Shown piece after piece: positions 16,254-19,818 of a stretch of 19,818 nucleotides of DNA. Source of the DNA: Verrucomicrobiota bacterium (GTDB lineage: Bacteria; Verrucomicrobiota; Lentisphaeria; Lentisphaerales; Lentisphaeraceae); assembly GCA_039798785.1 (NCBI GenBank), contig JBDKFG010000082.1:1-19818 (forward strand), given 5' to 3'. The notes below the pieces were generated by a model. The model saw nothing but the letters and a program-made list of their open reading frames with translations, made no database searches and was not told where the DNA came from. The position numbers were made by a program, and so were the translations under genes. Position 1 is the first letter of the stretch. The number at the start of each line of letters is the position of its first letter.

Positions 16254-17303
16254 ATGACCGATGCCACCACCGCCGCCACCCTGCAAAGCCTCAGCCTGGA
16301 ACGCTCCACCCTCAGTGCCCCCGGCCTCTTCCAGGCCGCCCTGGCGCAGCTCCCGCCCGGCGGACGCATCCTCCGCTGCACCGCCTTCGGCCTGCCAGCC
16401 GCCCAAGAGCCGTCCTGCCGCGCCCTGCTCCGCCAGGCCGGTCAGGACGATCGCATCGCCTGGCTCCTCGATCCTGCCGGACCCGGCGGCCTGCAGCTCC
16501 AATACCTCGAAGGCTTTGCCCCCCAGCCCCTGACCGTCGACGGCGTCGTCCTCGGCCATCTCTACGAGGACGACGCCGCCCGCTACTGCTGCCTCAACGC
16601 CCTGCACGACGAGCCGGACCTCGCCCCCGCCGGCCAGACCCGCCGCCTCTACGCCCGCCTCGAACGGGCGCTCCAAGTCGCCGGCATGGATTTCACCGAC
16701 ATCCGCCGCACCTGGTTCTACCTCGACGACATCCTCGCCTGGTACGGCGACTTCAACGCGGTGCGCAGCGAGGTCTTCCGCCGCCTCGGCGTCTTCGGCC
16801 GATGCATCCCCGCCTCCACCGGCATCGGCGCCGCCAACAGCCGCGGCTCCGCCCTGATGCTCGACGTCCTGGCCATCCGCCCAAAAATCTCCGCCTTCTC
16901 CTGCGCCGAGGCCCCCTCGCCCCTGCAAGGCTCGGCCCTCGATTACGGCTCCTCCTTCTCCCGCGCCATGGCCATCCGCAACGGCGATTGCCGGCAGCTG
17001 CTCATCTCCGGCACCGCCAGCATAGACTTGCAAGGGAGCACCGTCTTCCCCACCGACTGCCAAGCTCAGATCGAACGCACCCTCGAGGTCGTCGCCGCCA
17101 TGCTCGCCGCCCAGGACCTCGACTGGCGCGACGTCAACCGCGCCATCAGCTACTTCCGCCACGCCGCCCACATCCCGCTCTACGACAAGGTCTGCCGCCG
17201 CCTCGGCCTGCCAGAGCTGCCTCTGGTCAGCACCGCCCTCACCGTCTGCCGCCCGGACCTGCTCTTCGAGATCGAGCTCGACGCGGTGAAGGCCCGCCGC
17301 TGA
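16254..17303 (+). CDS. Rid (YjgF/L-PSP)-fold multidomain protein, FkbO/Hyg5 chorismatase-like
   Basis: GGGAGA SD then ATG 16254 (349 aa). Motifs RTWFYLDDILAWYGDFNAVR, PASTGIG, PLQGSALDYGSSFSRA, LLISGTASID and VCRPDLLFEIELDA. Confidence 0.75.
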   Translation: MTDATTAATLQSLSLERSTLSAPGLFQAALAQLPPGGRILRCTAFGLPAAQEPSCRALLRQAGQDDRIAWLLDPAGPGGLQLQYLEGFAPQPLTVDGVVLGHLYEDDAARYCCLNALHDEPDLAPAGQTRRLYARLERALQVAGMDFTDIRRTWFYLDDILAWYGDFNAVRSEVFRRLGVFGRCIPASTGIGAANSRGSALMLDVLAIRPKISAFSCAEAPSPLQGSALDYGSSFSRAMAIRNGDCRQLLISGTASIDLQGSTVFPTDCQAQIERTLEVVAAMLAAQDLDWRDVNRAISYFRHAAHIPLYDKVCRRLGLPELPLVSTALTVCRPDLLFEIELDAVKARR

Positions 17304-17495
17304 ACGCTGAACCGTAGCAACCCTCGCCTGGCCGGCCGCACTCACACTGCAGGGCGAGGTCGCGCCTGCCGAGACGCCTTCCCCTGACTCGTCTGGCTGG
17401 GCTGCCACCGCCGATCTGACTTGACCTAGGCCTCACGCTACGTCGGCGGCAAACACGCTGCTCCGCCCGATCTTAGTCAAGATATGGTGTTTTAT

Positions 17496-17663
17496 TTACC
17501 ATTTGATTTCGAAGTTTTTATCTTCGCGGTCGCCATTGGGCTGTGTGAGCAGCTGGCCTCGGCCGTCTTTGATCTGGTAATTCATTTTCGCCCCGGATGA
17601 TTCCCTGGTGTATTGGTTTTCTCGGAATAGTCCATTGTGCGGTTTGAGTTTTATTGAAAATCC
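17496..17663 (-). pseudogene. Orphan C-terminal gene fragment abutting the truncated istB
   Basis: Stop-free 55-codon frame GFSIKLKPHNGLFRENQYTRESSGAKMNYQIKDGRGQLLTQPNGDREDKNFEIKW*. It has lower GC than the IS and begins where IstB similarity ends. Confidence 0.35.
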
Positions 17664-18160
17664 CTGGCCAGCTCCTTGTCGAGCTGATGCCGGCTCTTCG
17701 CCTCAAGCAGCCGCTGGATCAGCTTGGCGGTGCTGGTGAAGTAAATCCGCCGACCCTTGTCGATCAGCTCCTGCGCCAGGGCGCAGAGGAAGTGCGTCTT
17801 GCCGCGCCCCGGCAGGCCGAAAACGCAGAGATTCTGGCGTCGCCCGAGAAAATCGCCGCTGAGCAAGGAAGGAAGTTGCCGACGCACCGCGACCGGCAGC
17901 AGCTTCTGGTCAAGAGCACCGAGATTCTTGTGCTCCGGCAGCTTCGAACCCTTGAGCAGCCGCAAACGGCGATTGCCGTCGCGACGAGCCGTCTCGGCGT
18001 CGAATAAAGCGGCCATCAGACGCGGATAATCCCAGGCCTGCTGGCTCGCCATCTGCCCGAGCTGGAGCCAGGCGTCGGCCATGCCGGTCAGACGCAAGTC
18101 CTTGAAGGACTTGATCAAAGTCGCGTCACTGAGGGGCGTAGGTAGGACGCTGCGGCTCAT
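17651..18160 (-). pseudogene. istB: IS21-family IstB helper ATPase, C-terminally truncated
   Basis: LRLTGM, RRLRLLKGSKLP, NLCVFGLPGRGKTH (Walker A) and FTSTAKLIQRL. The ORF ends at ELARDFQ* just before the expected Walker B (LLIIDE). Confidence 0.85.
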
Positions 18161-18378
18161 CCGGCGGCCTCGTTTTCACGCGGCGCAGGCGTGGTCATTT
18201 TGCCGCCCGGGATGTGCTTGTCGTATTCATTGAGGTTGGGTTTGAAATCGAAATCGACGGCGATCCTAGGCTTGAGGCCGATCATGGCGCTGACCGATTC
18301 GCGGGTGGCTTCGCGACCTTCGATGAGCAGATCCTGCAGCGCCGCGTCGATTCTGGCGACGCCTTCATCGGCGGCAAG
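17664..18378 (-). mobile_element. Internal fragment of an IS21-family insertion sequence
   Basis: istA 3' end coupled to istB 5' part. No DDE core, no Walker B and no terminal inverted repeats seen. Confidence 0.75.
18157..18378 (-). pseudogene. istA: C-terminal remnant of IS21-family transposase IstA
   Basis: Manual translation: LAADEGVARIDAALQDLLIEGREATRESVSAMIGLKPRIAVDFDFKPNLNEYDKHIPGG...EAAG*. PxLxxYD is typical of the IstA tail, and its TGA overlaps the istB ATG (ATGA). An in-frame TAA at 18379-18381 directly precedes it. Confidence 0.7.
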
Positions 18379-18615
18379 TTAAGTTGGCGTCATCTGGGTT
18401 GGATTGTGAGGATCGCCACAGCCAGGCACCGCAGGCCGCAAGAAGCAGCAGGCTGATGGCAAGCCGTCGTTGACCTTGAATGGTGAGGGCATAAACTTGA
18501 TCATTGTGGTGGCTCCTTGGTAGGTAAGTTTGAGGGCTGCGCTGCTGGGGGCGCCGGCGACTCGCCGGTCGTCTTGCGTACTCAGAGGGCCACCGGAGCC
18601 CCCAGCTTGAGGCAC

Positions 18616-18987
18616 TTATTTGCCGGAGAGAGCGGCCTCGATCATGGCGTCCTTGAGTTCCATCGGGTGACCGATCCATGAGATTTTGCCGTCCTTGCCG
18701 ACGAGAAAGGTGGTGGGAATGCCACTATGGCCAGCGGCTAGCATCCAGGTCTCGAACATCGCCCCTCGCTTGGATTTACTGACATCGTCCAACGCGATGC
18801 GGTAGCTCATCTTGTCCCCTCTCTTTGCCACAAAATCCTGGACACGAGATTGATCCATCTCCCGGACGTTTTGGCCGATGACCGCCAGGCCTTTATCTTT
18901 GTATTTCTCATGAATCTCGTTGAGATGCGGAATCGAGGCTACACAGGGACCGCACCAGGTCGCCCCCTTGCACCCACTGACCGACAC
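18616..18987 (-). pseudogene. C-terminal part of a split TlpA/redoxin (thioredoxin-like) gene; the true fragment starts at ~18963
   Basis: ATWCGPCVASIPHLNEI (WCGPC), GIPTTFLVGKDGKISWIGHPM. The beta-strand that should precede WCGPC is missing. Confidence 0.85.
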
Positions 18988-19696
18988 TCAGCTTCGGGGC
19001 GAGATCACCGACTTTCAAAGTGACCGGAATCGCGGGCTGGTCTTCGGCCTTGGGGTGAGCACGAGCGTATTCGTCGAGCGCGGCCTTGGCTTGGGCATTT
19101 CCCTTCTGCGCCGCTCCCTTCAGGCCCTCGGACGCCATCCAATGCAGCGGTTTGTCATCAGGGTTGCGGATGACCCGGATGAGAACCGCCACTGCCGGTT
19201 CGATGTTTGCAGCGGCCGGTTCCATTAGCGAATCCACGGCCAACAATTGACTAATCCTATGTTCATCATATCTTAGGAGAATGTCGAGTGATTCCTTGTG
19301 GCCACCAGCTGCGGCGATGCCCATGCCCAGAACGGCGAAACCGTGCGGCGTATTTTGGCTCAACGCTGCTTTCAGGGCGTCGAAGGCAAGAGCCTTCCCC
19401 TTGGCGGCTTCCTGCCCCAGCAGATCAAACGCAGCTCGCATCAATTTGTAGTTGTTTTGATTACGTTCAGGTTCATTGTCGGCCTTCTTGTCGCCGTCGC
19501 AGATGGATTTCGCCAGAGCCCGCATCGCCTCCGCGGTGGGTTTCTCGATCGCTTTGGCGACGGTTGATGGCTCGGTCTGGACTGTGGTGTCCGGGGCGTC
19601 CAGGGTATTTGCGTGAAGCCATGCAGGGTTAAACAAGAGGCTGAGAGCGAGGGAAAGATTGTATTTACAGTTCCCCCAAATGTCTCCTGCTAACAC
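18908..19696 (-). pseudogene. N-terminal part of the same split gene: signal-like leader, alpha-helical (HEAT-like) domain and start of the redoxin domain
   Basis: Ends with LKVGDLAPKLSVGQWVQG, a classic redoxin N-terminus, then goes out of frame at ~18964. The start codon is uncertain. Confidence 0.7.
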
Positions 19697-19818
19697 CCGT
19701 TAGCTGGAAATAGGATCGGCGTCAAACCTGCGTTGGGCTTTTGTGCGAACAAAAACACCCCAAAGCAAGGAGAGACGCCGATGTCCGTCAAGATAAGCGA
19801 CAAAACCCAGGACTGCCA

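Noticed and set aside
8615..16381. Very long antisense ORFs (8615-11086, 11969-14335, 14381-16381), and similarly 6741-7739, 16137-17408 and 718-1608
   Set aside because: They mirror genes with clear motifs on the other strand. Strong C/G-ending codon bias removes antisense stops, and the translations show no recognisable motifs.
18379..18615. ORF 18379-18615 as the upstream part of istA read through the TAA
   Set aside because: Although in frame, its translation shows no transposase-like features, so the junction looks like a deletion breakpoint.
18960..18970. Programmed frameshift or phase variation at the G5 run of the redoxin gene
   Set aside because: The run is short, and restoring the frame would still leave a core beta-strand missing.

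Overview
A 19.8-kb, mostly high-GC bacterial window. The LEPR-XLL, prenyltransferase-repeat and HzsA-like families suggest the PVC superphylum (Lentisphaerae/Kiritimatiellae-like); this is an inference. Left, minus strand: a giant LEPR-XLL/DUF4347/autotransporter-beta-repeat surface protein broken by a 97-bp frameshifting deletion and continuing off the window, a clan GH-A-like lipoprotein, and a low-GC prenyltransferase/squalene-oxidase-repeat protein with a 12-Pro run. Centre, plus strand (6894-17303): a tight seven-gene cluster of an IclR regulator, an SDR, two paralogous dihaem proteins resembling hydrazine synthase alpha, a beta-propeller lipoprotein, a beta-propeller/dihaem cytochrome c peroxidase-like fusion (the architecture of fused HzsB-HzsC) and a Rid-fold FkbO/Hyg5 chorismatase-like protein. 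This hydrazine-synthase-like multihaem complex in an apparently non-anammox context is the best candidate for an uncharacterised system. Right, minus strand: a decayed zone with a doubly truncated IS21 (istA tail plus istB head) between orphan gene fragments, and a TlpA-like redoxin split by a short deletion. Family assignments come from motif recognition by eye; no searches were run.
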